64,000 nucleotides of DNA from assembly GCA_965644265.1 (NCBI GenBank), contig OZ286463.1:97216001-97280000 (forward strand), written 5' to 3'. Every line of letters starts with the position of its first letter. Within the stretch, counting starts at the first letter, position 1. The translations under genes were made by a program, and so were the position numbers. The notes beneath the pieces were generated by a model. The model made no database searches and was not told the origin of the DNA. It worked only from the letters and a program-made list of their open reading frames with translations. Shown piece by piece: positions 49,378 through 63,070 of this stretch. The DNA is from Glycera tridactyla. Its lineage: Eukaryota.

Positions 49378-50829
49378 ACTTAAAGCTGTCTGCTCCACAG
49401 ACGGGGACTATTGTTACGAATAATAAATCTCAGGGTAGGAGGGTCTCCAAGTCACTCCCACTTTTCAACACGTTTGACCAATGGGGGTATGTCCAAAGTG
49501 AGCCACGACTGACTTCTCTTGTGACTATTCTGAGCTAGCAAGTCATCTGCATGTTCTTCTAGTTCGATCTCCTTCTGGATTATTCCCCCGACAAACATTA
49601 ATCAGTACCGGTCAACAGCCTTTTGAATCGTATGTCATCGGAGGACAGTGTTAATCGTGAACTTGCTGGCCGGAATGCAGATATGTTCAAGTTTGAATAG
49701 CATGTTCTGTGTAAATATTTGATCCTAGAAGAGAGTGGAATACTTGCTGAAGAGCGTGAGCTAGCCGCAGCTGTAGTGGTGTTTATACCACTGTTGTGCG
49801 TCAGTTGAAATGTACTATAAACACAGATGTAGTGGCTTAGTATAGGTACGAAAACAATCGGTGGAGAAAGAGGTGTCTGGCGATGGATTGTTAATAGCAG
49901 ATGGCAGAGGTGGCATCAGCCGTACAAGATGAGACATCTCGGCGTGAGCAGATCATCATATGAGATCAGCACAAATGCCTTCGGGCAAGTCTATGTCCAG
50001 CATGTATACTTTTCCCTGATCATCAGTTTCGCATTTCATGGCGATCGTTATCTCCTGGCTTGATGAAAATATCTCGAAACGCAATATCTTCACACCATAT
50101 TGAAATGAACGTGATATATCATCCCTCTGGGGTTTGAATGTGGTTATATTGGAAACGGATCTCGTGGATGAAATACTTCAACTTTGTGATGTTAATCTAG
50201 CAATATTCGGTCTAACTGTTTGGTTGTGGGGGCACTTCCTTGCATTGCATTTAGGTGAGATCGGTCATCCCTCCCCAAGTCACAATGAATAGGTAGGTAG
50301 CGATGACATCTCTCAAAAGTCACCCTTGTCCTTTAATGCGTGCGAGATGAATAGGCGTGCTGCCATCCAATAATTCCAGGTATGTAGGCAAAGATATAAT
50401 GGCTTCGGACAGGAGCGAGGATAGCAGCAAGGTGGAACTGGTTCTCCTGTTTGCTGCAGCTTGTTTATGTTCACTTAGGCGATATCTCAAGATGACATAC
50501 CATCCACTCCTACGACCACTCAGCTGCTCTTAATATCTCCTCCGTCTCTCACATGAGTCTTCTAAAAGCAACAAAATAGAAAACATATATTAGAAATCAT
50601 CGAAGACGTTCGCAAAGCCACACTGATTAATGCAGTTCTCGATCGTGTCATCGGTATCAAATAGCTGAAATGAAAGGAATTGATCACCTCATAACTTCAG
50701 AATGAAATCGTCGTTGACGCTCACACTAGGAAATACAGTCCGTCTACTGGCCGAATGCATAATTGTACATATGTTACTTTACGAGGTTGAATGAACTTAT
50801 TTCAATTCAATATAAAAGGAACACGAATG

Positions 50830-51560
50830 TGAATACGAATACGACTTTGTTAATTGCGTGAAATATGATACAGGGTATACACAAAACATACAATATGATA
50901 CACGCAGCGCGATGATTACAGACAATTTTAAAGTGACGCGAAGTAAGAAGTAAGACGTAGTAGAGTTTCATATGAACAACACATTTCAACATTCCCACTC
51001 GAGCACAATCTCCACACTGCATATGTCATTGCCTTATATACTAGGCATTTCAAATCTATACATTGTCAGAGCTACAAGTTCCAATTCAAGCGGTTTTTAA
51101 GGATCTCCAGGGAGCCGCTTAACTTTGTTCCATCTGTAAGATTATTCCAGTACTTAACCCCCTGTATCTGAGACTTTTATCAATGAAGTGAAGTTTGTTC
51201 TTTTGGATGACAAGGTCATTGAAGGTCCTTTTCCTATAATTCTGGTGACATGGCTTGAGATATGGTTTGTATCTGAAACACTGAGGAAAGATGCATCATA
51301 TAGGTCTTCAGTCATTCTCAGACACGTGCTTCCTCAGATGTATCTAGAGTAATAATTCTATACGGTCAAGGAAGCCTTATGGTGCTTATTGTCCTGTCCA
51401 CTGATCCTCTTTAATTTGAATGGACCCCCGTGTTTTTATCGCGTTTCGAATATATCTTTCACAAGAGTGATCATATTACAAGGGATTGCTCTTGCAATAG
51501 TGACATTATTTTCCAAAGATGCCATGAGCCTTCTCCGGATGATGCCTGACATATGTATTC
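50830..51560 (-). mobile_element. LINE ORF2 extreme 3' relic with 3' UTR
   Basis: NDLVIQKNKLHFIDKSLRYRGVKYWNNLTDGTKLSGSLEILKNRL* (~SFxYRGxxxWNxLP...SLxxFKxxL) near 51070-51225. Confidence 0.7.
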
Positions 51561-52257
51561 CTGATTTATGCCATGTTGAGTGAACTATCTTACCCCGTGT
51601 TAGCGTGTGTGTCTGCCTATGTGTAAAGGGGGCTAGTGGCGCTGGGGTCACTAGTTATCACCAATGTGCAGGATCTGCAAAATGAACGGAGGAGAAGATC
51701 GATGCCCTCTTGCTGATATGATTTTCAAGTGCAAATATTGCTTCTCGGTCTTATCAACGTTGACAAGATGCTCTACATCACACCAGATATTGCTCATCCC
51801 AGATGACAGACCATATTCGAGATAGATAGCATTGTCTGACTCAATGAAGGACCAAATTCTTCATCTTCACTGTTGATGACATATGATTAATTATGAGGGT
51901 ACCTAGTGAAAGTGATGGGGAAAAGGAACGGAAACCAAATTGAGCAGCTTGATAAATTATCTAAAGGAGAAGAAAATGAAATGTCTGAGAATATGCAAAA
52001 ATATTGTCTTGGCTCGTTTTTGGATTGGACACAGCTCCACAATTCACTGTGAGTGTCAACTGGATAGAAACGGTCAATATATCGATTATACTCCATGGCA
52101 CTCTTGAATGCAAGCATAACTGCTATGTGGTTGACGGGCGGCTTGTTCTCATTGGAATCTGGTTTAACCTGCTGGAATAATCGTGGCAAATCTTCCCAAG
52201 GTTCTGCAGACGGACGTTGCTCCTGGATAGAATCATCTGGTCTCATTGATCATTTTC

Positions 52258-52465
52258 CGGCTTATCTGAATAAAATGAACGGATCTATCCAGCAAACATG
52301 TTTTCCCAGGATAATCTTTTACTGGACGTTATTCTACAAACCCAGCTTCGCCTCAAACTGGGGCCTCCTGGTCTATCGTCACCCTTCAACAAATACGTCA
52401 AGGTCTATCGAGAACTTTACCAACGCATCTTCCCCTGAGACAGAGACATCTAGGTCTATCTCGTT
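52258..52465 (+). repeat. 208-bp direct repeat, left copy (right copy 53493-53700)
   Basis: Ungapped alignment at offset 1235; 15 mismatches in 208 by manual count (~93% identity). Confidence 0.95.
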
Positions 52466-52469
52466 TTTT

Positions 52470-53490
52470 TAACCTTCCCACAACCAAATTGATGTTAGTA
52501 GGCCTACCAATCAATTATCTTTGAACCTTTCCAAAACCAAATTGATGTTACTGGGCCTACCAAGTAAACTCCCAAAATTTGAAAAAGTAAATGTTATGTC
52601 CAATGCACAGGAACTTGCACGCGTTGATCGCATGCGTTATTTGGGAGTGGTACTAGACTCGTGTCTCACCTTTAAATATCACGTCCAACATATAAAGGCT
52701 AGAACAATAAGTAAAACTGGTGTTCTAGGCAGGTTATTTCCCATCTTGAGTCAGCAGATGTCATTGAAATTATACCAGTCTTTAATACTGCTTATTTTTG
52801 ACTATGTGGACATCGTGTTCAATGGCTTAGCACAACGGGGTGCCTACACCTTGCAAAAGGTGCAAAACATTGCGATGAGGTATATATCTAAAAAGCCCAG
52901 AAGGTATTGTGTAGACAAGCTACACAGTGACCTCCGATTAATGCCCCTTGCGTCCAGTCGTGCTGAGCATGAACTCATACACATCAATAATACTTCAAAT
53001 GGCCACTATACATGCTCATTTATATGTGGACTGCAATTAGATGATCATGAATATGCAACTAGATCAATAGCTTAATCCCTTCTTAAAATAGATAGGATAC
53101 GTTATTTAATGTGTGAGCGAAACTTCAGACATCGTGCTGCAAGGCGTTGGAATGCTTTGGTCAATGCCTGTCCTGATGCTGTTATGATGAAACCAGATTC
53201 CTTCAGATCCTTCATGAAAGAACTGCGTCACCTACGACTATGAAATATGATTCCTAGATACACAAGACCAATTGCCCCATAATCATTACATCATCATCAT
53301 GATCACATCACATCTCAACTCATTTTTATTTTTCCTCCATCATCTCCATCTCATCCAATCGTATTTTGAACTGTTTGTATATATGTTATCGTCATCCTGG
53401 AAATGAACAATGTGTCATCTTGTATGTGCTTGTTTAATTGCTGATTGACGAAGTCAAATGAAAGTTTCGAAATCAAAAATCAGATAATTT
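52470..53490 (+). mobile_element. 5'-truncated CR1/L2-group LINE (ORF2 3' part plus UTR) between the 208-bp repeats
   Basis: LSLNLSKTKLML, MRYLGVVLDSCLTFKYHV, LIFDYVDIVF, LQKVQNIAMRYI, YATRS and RHRAARRWNAL. One in-frame stop at 53073-53075. A ~40-bp stretch is duplicated at its 5' junction. Confidence 0.92.
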
Positions 53491-53492
53491 TT

Positions 53493-53700
53493 CGGCTTAT
53501 CTGAATAAATTGAACGGATCTACCCAGCAAACAGAATTTCCCGGGATTATCTTTTACTGGATGTTATTCTACAGACCCAGCTTCGCCTCAAACTGGGTCC
53601 TCCTGCTCTATCGTCACCCTCCAACAAATACGTCAAGGTCTATCGAGAATTTTACCGATGCATCTTCCCCTGAGACAGAGACATCTAGGTCTATCTCGTT
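53493..53700 (+). repeat. 208-bp direct repeat, right copy
   Basis: See 52258-52465. Confidence 0.95.
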
Positions 53701-55029
53701 CCAGGTCACGTTTACAGTCATATCTCTCCTTGAACAGTGACGCCATCATAGTTTAGATATACCCTAAAGACGAGTCGCCCCCTAGAACGGGATGCCAACG
53801 TCTACTTCCCTGTATATGTCTATTCGATGAACATACGAAAGAAAATTTGCGTACAATTTGTGCCATCGTACATAATAGTTCATGGAAGGAAATACAAGGC
53901 CTGGAAAAATAGTACTTATTCACTTGAAGGAATCATTATGACGTATCAAAGAAGAGCTTTTATGCAACTAACCAGGTGAATGGCTTCGATGTTAGCAGAA
54001 TCGATAGCCATCAGTAGAATGTTCCGTGGTGCACTTTTTCTCGTTACACACCTGCTAGCTTTTGTCAATGTTGTGAAGAGAATACTATGGTAAAGTGCCA
54101 CGCTAACAAGGTATTGATCTTCTCCAATAAGTGGTCGTGTAGCTATTGACTTGTGCTTTCAGGCACATGGAAAGAAAGTATTAGCTCTTCCTGTGTATGC
54201 GCAACGTTGATGGACAAATAGACAGGTTGAATGAGGAGTTATGTCATACACATTCGACGGTGTCCTATCGCCTTCAGTCCGATATCTGTTTTGCTTCAAT
54301 CTGTTTTCCGTGATAAGTTCTCATGACATTCGTGTATGTTCTGTATGGAATGTTCTCATGGAAGGAAATGTTTTTACACAATACATCAGTCATTTCGTCC
54401 TGACACTGATGGTTCGCCCATTACAGATTTGGAATATCTCAGTCACAGGGGCTGTACTGGCTGGATGTCAGCATCTTCATAGTGTGAGATGCTGGTCGAA
54501 CTTTGCTACATCTCTTGGATTGTTGGAATAGTGATGGTCCTGGTTTGATCCAAATCCTGTGATATTGTTCAACCATTTTCATATTCATTTCTGTACCAAA
54601 GATTGAACAACCGATTTTATAAATGATAGTTTATTGAAGGATCGATTCAGCTAGACATCAGACTAGTATGCCTGTGACTCAGGTGGGGTTGTTCTGGATT
54701 GTCCGACCGGTATGAGAAAGTCTGTGCATTTTTTTGCACTTCCAACTTGCATGCTCTTGGAGCACTGGCTCATCGAAAACATGACGACTACACTAATAGT
54801 GAAGTAGCCTTGAATGAATGATGTGATGCTATTCAAAATGAGATGCATTGAATGGGANNNNNNNNNNNNNNNNNNNNNNNNNNNNNNNNNNNNNNNNNNN
54901 NNNNNNNNNNNNNNNNNNNNNNNNNNNNNNNNNNNNNNNNNNNNNNNNNNNNNNNNNNNNNNNNNNNNNNNNNNNNNNNNNNNNNNNNNNNNNNNNNNNN
55001 NNNNNNNNNNNNNNNNNNNNNNNNNNNNG

Positions 55030-55250
55030 CTGACGATGGGAGAGAGGAACTGATACGAATGACAGTCAAGAAAGAAAGATGGATGAAGTTGAAGGAGGTT
55101 GGGAGGGTGTTCACGGAGCAGAAGAGTCAAATGCAGACAGGTTGTAACCAATGAGATAAGTCGCGGGTAGAACAAGAGACTTGGTTGGCAATGAGAGATA
55201 TATGTCTGATTCCAGCCATGGGGGACTTGTAGACTAGTCAAGATCCACTA
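55030..55250 (-). mobile_element. Possible Penelope-like RT relic
   Basis: YKSPMAGIRHISLIANQVSCSTRDLSHWLQPV...VNTLPTSFNFIHL loosely resembles the PLE RT pattern HK...RPIxS...T..LS..L.P....DT..FI..L. The match is weak. Confidence 0.3.
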
Positions 55251-57486
55251 TACGATCTAGGGCGGGTGAACACAGAAGGGGGCTGGGGGTCTGTCAATCC
55301 GGCCAGTGGTGGATGTACATCAACAGCATTTGTACACATGTATTGATTACAGCGATTTGATTATAGGAACCGGAGATAGCCTGACCTAGCCTATCTACGC
55401 TTACATGACAGCAACAACAACGCTATACACACCGCATTCCCATCATGAGGTCTACATAGCTCTCAACCTGCAGCACACGTACACAAGGCATAGAGACTGT
55501 TCAATGCATCATCCCCAGCTCAATGTGACATATGTGGCAGCCATATGCGAATTCGTTATCTCTGCCGACCGTGCGAGCAAAATTCAAGGAGAATTTCAGG
55601 CAGCGAAATGAAAAAGTGACTCACCCAGAACGAAACTGAATAATTGTTTCATTAGGAGTACATATTTGTATCTATCATCTGGACTACGGTTCCAGAAGGG
55701 AATTAGTTATTATCTCAAGAGTGGATATAATATATAGTCCCTGGACTTTATCCTCTTTAGTCAGCTGGCCTATCCAAATCGAAAGTTCTCATAAGACATC
55801 GTACAGTGCTCAGCCACTTCAGTTCACTTGTGTCTCCCTAGATAAGTCGAGTAAATTTTTCATGAATGAGAACATGATACATAATGAACTTCTACCCATA
55901 CATTCAGAGATTGTGATGGACCCACTCGAAACACACATGTTGATTCATACTGTTCGCGATTGATTGAGGAGTGGTGGTTTGATAGAGGAGAGGTGGTTCA
56001 TTTTTACCAGACATTTAGAACTCCTCGATCTGATTAAGACGTTTAGAGTCTTCACCATATTTTGAAAGCTTCAAGCGGTCAAAACCCCATTGCAATTGTT
56101 GCTTCATCTTCTAGTATGAATTTTTGAATTCCTCTCGAGATGATCATTTCACTTGGGTGAGGAATTTATGGTTGTAGGGGCCACTCATCCTTTGATTGTT
56201 TATTTTATATGCATGTGCATTTGAATCAGAACATCTTTGAATCTGGACAGGCATGTGATACGGTTCAGTCTTCTCATGCCCAAGCACCAATGGTAGATCG
56301 AATTCTCAGGCAGTACTCTCGGCTGAAATATCGCAGGATAAAATTGCATATCACACATGCATAGAAAACTCACTTGACTGAGCTCAATCATGGTGCACAC
56401 CCCTCGAATCTCAGAGAACGACTTGAATCTTCGATTGCTTGTCATTTCTCCAACTTGTTAGCAACACACTGCCCATATTGTCACAGCCTTTCAAATAACA
56501 GTGGTTGAGTCAACATTCCTCCATGATATCCTCATTAGAAGGTGAAGTCCTGAGAAAGTATATACAGATTATACCGAAAATCTTCCCCGATATTTGCTAC
56601 TGTTCTTTTTTCTCTGTAGGAGGTTCTGTGCAAAGTTGTACAAAGTCACTTCTCCTTATCGACGATTGAGACATAATCAGGTATCAGACATGGTCAGGTA
56701 GACTAGCAAATCAGATCAAAATCAAACAATGAATGTCGCTTGTAGATGTTGATGAGATAAAACAATAGATATTATGGTACACTGCACAGTGAGCAGGGTG
56801 ACAAGTCAACGAACAGTTTGCTACGAATTATATTTCAAGCAACCTCTGGCATAACAAAAGACAACCATTGCTGATAAGTAAGCGATGATTATCGATTTGT
56901 TTGTAGCGGAGGCTCCAGTGAAATGAGACCTGATATATCAGGCCTGAGATGGCATTCAATCAAAGCGCCTGCCGAGATAGGTATCACTTCTTGGCTGAAA
57001 CTGACTTTTGAATGTTGGAGCGAGCAGCCTTCAGCGGACACGCTGTCTCCATGCAGCTCGTATTTCCCTGGATTATCTCGGATTATCTGAAATAGGCCAT
57101 GGGATCAACGACCCGAGGCCGCAGGTTGTAACCCTCAAGCGATAATCCATGTGCAGAGTTATCGCCCGCTAAGTTGTCGTGATCTGCCTTGTTTACAACG
57201 TCCTCCAACCAGATCTTGGCCTGACACTATATTTGGCTTTAAGAAGCCATTTCTATTTGTGGAGAGGAGCACGTGGTAGCCCATGATGACAAGTGGACGG
57301 TTTTAGATGGGCATGTGCATGATTCGCGAGTTTTGATACGTAGCCTTGTACATTGTTGACTGTCCGCAGCTAGGATTTCCAAATATGACTCATTAGTTGA
57401 GTGACTGTGAATTTTCGAAAAGATTCTCATCTAATTTCAGAGACCTATAAGTAGGGAGTCATGATCTTCATTTCACGCGCGTCTAA

Positions 57487-57760
57487 ATATGATATGATAT
57501 GATATGAAGTCGTTTATTTATTCCGGAGGTGACGGTCAGCACTGTGGCCTAGGTCAGTAGTGGCGCTACAATAAGTGACTACAAAAAACAGCTACACTGA
57601 TACCCCTCCTCAGCATACACACACATGGAAGCACAAGGGAGGAGGTTCAAAAATTCAATCCCAGGCAGAAAATTGTGCCTCACCAAGATCAGACCTGTCA
57701 CCTACAAATACTTAATAGCAGCATTGGAAAGATCAGAGGCTTCAGACTCCGACAGTGTTA
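57487..57760 (-). mobile_element. Probable LINE 3' terminus
   Basis: On the minus strand, AATAAATAAA is followed by a (CATAT)4 tail at 57487-57506, the same layout as the LINE end at 43178. Coding evidence is weak. Confidence 0.4.
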
Positions 57761-59449
57761 CTGGACTGATATCAGTCGGAACATTCAGACAAACAAATGA
57801 AGAAACGAACAAACTATTTGTCCATAGGTAGTGAATGTACAACCATAAATGCTAGCAATAGATGGTTATTGTTTTGATTTTTGAAGTTAAGTATACTTGA
57901 GTATTCGATAACATATTCTGTGACTGTGAATTTTTACCTGTATATTGAATGAGAATGAGTTGTCTCAGCTCATCTCCATCAATGAATATCATGAAGTCTT
58001 ATCCAGCCTAGCCGTGGTGGTGCTAATACGACGTAAAACAAACACACCAACAACTAAGATGACTTGCGACTGACGGTGGAGGCGGCATTCATCTGGATTG
58101 GTGACAACTTGAATGGGCAGGTGCATCAGATCTGGGATCTGTTTTCATGCATGATACCTCCAATGTCTACATGCCTGACCAGGGCATCCACTACGAATTC
58201 ACAATGTCGCATGGCATGGATGAATTGACACTGAACATAGACGACGCAGGGTAATATGTATCCTGCATCATATCTTGGGTGAGGAATCATGAACGGCTCA
58301 CGACGGGGTGGCTGCCAATAATACAGCTATCAAGTCGGATGACACATCCTGTGGAAATGCATCAGAAATTGAACATGACCAGTCCCGACCATGCTCAGGA
58401 TTAGGTGAAATTGATTATACATGTTCAACTCTGATGAGGTCGATGATACCATTCAATATGAGAAACAGCCATATTCTGCTCTCACAATTATATTCCATCC
58501 TGAAACTCGTTCCAGGAACATGGATGAACAGAATAGTCGTTCGGGATATGAAATTGTTCATCAACCTGAGTGAATTAGCAAACTGGATATCTTCATTCCG
58601 AAGGTTCTAACAAGTAATCCCCGATACAATATATATTCAGATCCAATATGTCGATACGTTGGACAGAAAGGTTCTGACTTTGTGGTCAACAATTCGACAA
58701 ATGTCACGTGGTATAATCGAGAAAATGATATAATCAAGAGGGTGCTCAATGTATCTTGGAATGGAGAGATGATCAGGAAATGGTTGTCATGAAACAAATA
58801 TGGCAACATATGTGAATGCATTTCGCCTGCATATTTAACGATGGATATTTTCTGGATGGGCAGGGAATCAAATGGTTGGCATTTCACCCTTTTAGTTAGG
58901 ACTTTGAAGAAACTGAAGTCTCAAATCATCATATATTTATTTTTTTGCAAATTTTGCCTGTCTCGTGGTTGGATAATTATTCATGCAACGTGTTTCTGAG
59001 TGAAACACATCTCCAGAAATTATGCTCACCTGCATATCGTTATCCCAATTCAATCAACAATATTCACGCAAATCTGGACACAACATATTTTCTGAATTAT
59101 CAGTCTTGTCTTATCATCCACCCACAATGTTATACCTAGAAGGAAAATGGTTTTCTGTTCTTCTTAGTGGAGGGTGAAGATAATCTTTGAAAACCACCAA
59201 CTGGTATCACAAATTCGTTCAGTTGCTATAGTGGGAAAAAGACAGCGATGCTGGATATACTACAACATCCATAGGACGCTAGTCCACAGAACTCTCTATA
59301 TCACTTGCTACGTGAGAATCGTTCATGAGACATAGGCAGCAATCCAGCATTGCAGTCGATGGTATCTGCTGCAGCAGCATCTCATGACGAGCAATAACTG
59401 ATGCAACCTGAGACAGGATATGCCTGAGCTCGTATCTCTGACACGCCAG

Positions 59450-60260
59450 ATTATGGACAGGAAGGCCAAGCTAAAGCCGGAACCGGAATCAGGGCAACCA
59501 TGATCTAGGACAGAAAGTAGAGCAGGTATACCGGGAGGTAGACCATGTCTCGGGGGTACATAAGTACAGCTTGATAGATGAACATACAATCAGCATTGAC
59601 ATAGGAAATCGGAAGGACTTGACATTCACATACGGAAGTGATTGAACTAAGCGAAGGGGTGTAATGGGAGCCCCTGATATGAGTGAACTGGTGAAGTCGT
59701 AGCGTGCCGTTATTGCCTATCAGGTGACTGAATAAAGAGCAGTATGGATGCTGGGTAGTACAAGCAGTGTGCAATCTATGATATGGAGGTGTCTCCTGTC
59801 ATCACTGCAAACTCGACCACATGCAGCTTCTTGTACACATAAATATCAGCTGAAGATGCATTTATTCGATATCATAACAAAATCCCATCCAGGAATGAAA
59901 CTTCTAGTCTCTGATTTCAAAAAATATCACCTTTTGACATGGATGCAGGGGGGGGGGATTTCGTTTGGTCTCTTTCAGGACGCCGGGACACGAAATGGCG
60001 ATTCAATGAACTTCTTTGACTCTAAGTTGGACTTTGATCACGATGTGGCTAGTTCTTCACCAATCTCTGGCTGTACTGCACAGTTCAATATGTAAAATAC
60101 CTCCCGCTATTGAGCAACGCTGGTTCCATAGACTTGTGTGCGAGCGTGCCGCCAAATACCAGGTAGATCCAGAAACGGACGCCGAAATCTGCATATTTCT
60201 CAACTGCGCCATTACGTGTCACTTAACGTATAAGCCATTCCGTATTTTGCTATCGCCCAC
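59450..60260 (+). mobile_element. Possible highly degenerate RTE-clade LINE relic
   Basis: EVDHVSG...ISIDIGNRKDLTF (~VxxFxYLGS...DIxxRIxKA), QYGCW (~LYGCETW), EQRWFHRL (~RWxGHV) and RNGRR (~RxRGRP), in the expected order. Confidence 0.35.
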
Positions 60261-62959
60261 AGCTCTGATTCCGTCGAGGTCACAGGCTTTAAGAGTAATG
60301 TATAGATCTCATTACGTGGGATAAACTCGCTCAGGTCAACAGGATACAAGCTGATAAATTGGGCAGAAGTGTCTCTATGGGCCGGATCACGACACTCTCT
60401 CGTAGGATGTCACCTGATATAACAAAAATCCTCAGTCATGTACTGCGCCAGATCTGAATTTCTTTATTGTTGGCAATGCTTTTAGACGACCATCATGAAA
60501 CATCCCTCCCGCTTCTCAGTAAATCCACGCCGTGGGACGATCCACCCTTGAATAATGCATAGCTGACATGGGTGGAAGAATATTCCCTTTCTGGGTAAAA
60601 TATCACCAGCGCCCAGATGACGGTGTGGAGAGTTTCATTCCCAAGACACACACACACCCACACACACACACATTTTTTTAGTGATAGAAATCATGTCAGA
60701 GACATNNNNNNNNNNNNNNNNNNNNNNNNNNNNNNNNNNNNNNNNNNNNNNNNNNNNNNNNNNNNNNNNNNNNNNNNNNNNNNNNNNNNNNNNNNNNNNN
60801 NNNNNNNNNNNNNNNNNNNNNNNNNNNNNNNNNNNNNNNNNCGACCTATGGCAAGAACTCGACCGTGTATCTAAGTAGTTACAATCTTCACCTCACTCGA
60901 TCTTGTAACATATTAGCAGAAAGTGAATAGTACATCGACGAAGGATTGGCTTTCAATGGCAGACACTGACACAAATCGCTACAATGATAATAATGGTCCC
61001 ACTGTTGAGTAGGAGAGTATCGTTGAGGAGATGCAACGAGCATTTTTACTGGCGCTCCATTGTTGAATGTTCATCATCCTGTTTAAATCGGGTGAGAATG
61101 TGATACAATTACACAATCTGGATGTTGTTCTAGAGCCTGCTAAGTGTTCTCCTAGGATGCCCGAGACTCACTGGGCCATGGGACTCATGTTTGAAAAGCT
61201 TGCACAACCTCAAAACTCCGATATATGAAGATTATAGATTTGTGAAGGCTCATCAGATTTCATTCACTGGCAGACCCTGGTCGGACTCGCACACTCGCGA
61301 ACTTCCTTCGTACTGCATAGCCAAAAACACTGATCTATCTTGATTGGCTACATTTTATGCATGGTATGGGTGGAAAGATGATCGGAGAGTAGCCTATTAG
61401 TTGTAGCTCAAGGAAGAAATGACCCCCGTGTGTCTGAGTAGCAGGTGTGGTATTCAGTTAGTGACAACGCAGTTCAGTGAAGAATCATGAGTCCATTCAC
61501 GTTCTGAAGGTGATGTCTACTCACGAGGACATCCCTATATATACCCTCGGTGCTTTGGCCATATTTGAGGTACGAGTTTCGGCATATATTTCAGAAGCAA
61601 AAATTCTCCATTTTCATTTTTCTGATCGTTTCAACAGCTGACAATGTTCGGAGAGTTTCTTTCCATACGATATCCGAGTTCACCATCAAGAACCTGCATC
61701 TGTGATTAAATCATATGTATAGATGAAGTGTTCATCAGCAGCAATAACGAAATGCATCATGGATATATGAGCATATAACACATCTTATAAAGATAGGGTT
61801 ATAGAGGTGAACATCCATACAGGGAATACATCCAGTAGGTTTGGTAGGCTTTGGTGCCTCTCAGCGGTGATTGCATGACATTGTCTCTTTACTCCCGGGA
61901 CTCATGAAGTGTATATATAGTGGCCTGCCCTTCTATTAATCTGAGGCGAGTGGCCTACCATTGAGGTCTCATGAAAGGCAGGCACATTTACAAGTATTTT
62001 CTTCGTGGCTTTNNNNNNNNNNNNNNNNNNNNNNNNNNNNNNNNNNNNNNNNNNNNNNNNNNNNNNNNNNNNNNNNNNNNNNNNNNNNNNNNNNNNNNNN
62101 NNNNNNNNNNNNNNNNNNNNNNNNNNNNNNNNNNNNNNNNNNNNNNNNNNNNNNNNNNNNNNNNNNNNNNNNNNNNNNNNNNNNNNNNNNNNNNNNNNNN
62201 NNNNNNNNNNNNNNNNNNNNNNNNNTCGTCACCGCCGTCGTCGTCATCGTAATCATCAGCATCAACAACGTTTGACAGACATGATATCGATACGGTATTG
62301 TCTGAACGGATATGGTATCCCACATCGATTTGAAGTTAGGTCATCGCCAGAGGCCCAGAAGTAGATGTCCTCCTCAGTAATGTGATCACATGGTCAATGA
62401 CTGAGCAATTATGAATGAAAGAAGGATTATTGCGGATTGTGTGATGATTCTGGAAAACCACTGCAGCATGGAAATGTGCATTTAAGCACTTAAGTCAGAA
62501 GCGAAATTAACAAGATTTTGGGACACAATTAGGATGGTATAATAGCCACTCACTGGTTCCCGGCTTCAAAATAGAGAGTAGAGCACGAGTTGAACAAACA
62601 TTCGCTGATATCAATGAATACACCGTAAGAGATAAACCCAGCCAAAATATCAGCATGAGTGTTATCAGTATACATCAAACGAGATCAGTTTCTAGCTTCC
62701 TGATACCATGCCATCAGTACCATATTAGGTTCTGCAAAACATACGATCATCATCTCGTAAAAGCAATCTTCACATAAGTCGCAATCATCCATTTCCACCA
62801 GCCCAATCATCTGGCCGACCATGCCGTCCTGATAAAATACCCAGGCAAAGAGCATTTTATGATCATACTGTCTCTAGGATGGTTGCCATTTATAACATCG
62901 CGGAGACACACGTCAAAAAATCTGAATTGATTATCTTTCGCGGCCTTCATGCTACTATT

Positions 62960-63070
62960 CTTCAACTTTCCATCACCATTGCCATTACTGCCACCATCAC
63001 CACCACTGCTACCACAATCACCACCACTTGCAGAGAATACGAGATAATGATGATGATGATGATCACTACT
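62960..63070. repeat. Imperfect (ACC)n and (ATG)n microsatellites
   Basis: Directly visible. Confidence 0.85.

Larger units (their letters stand above)
1308..62225. other. Eight N-runs (assembly gaps or masking): 1308-1438, 22112-22327, 27266-27497, 42426-42635, 45250-45462, 54858-55028, 60706-60841, 62013-62225
   Basis: Directly visible; lengths 131-232 bp. Confidence 0.99.

Noticed and set aside
49378-49398. N-terminal extension MEQTALS of the GPCR
   Set aside because: The track's start is a GTG; the first ATG is at 49377. An upstream spliced extension cannot be excluded without RNA data.
57061-57170. Short inverted motifs (ggattatc/gataatcc, gcgataa/ttatcgc) suggesting a DNA-transposon end
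   Set aside because: Arms are too short and no partner terminus or TSD was found.
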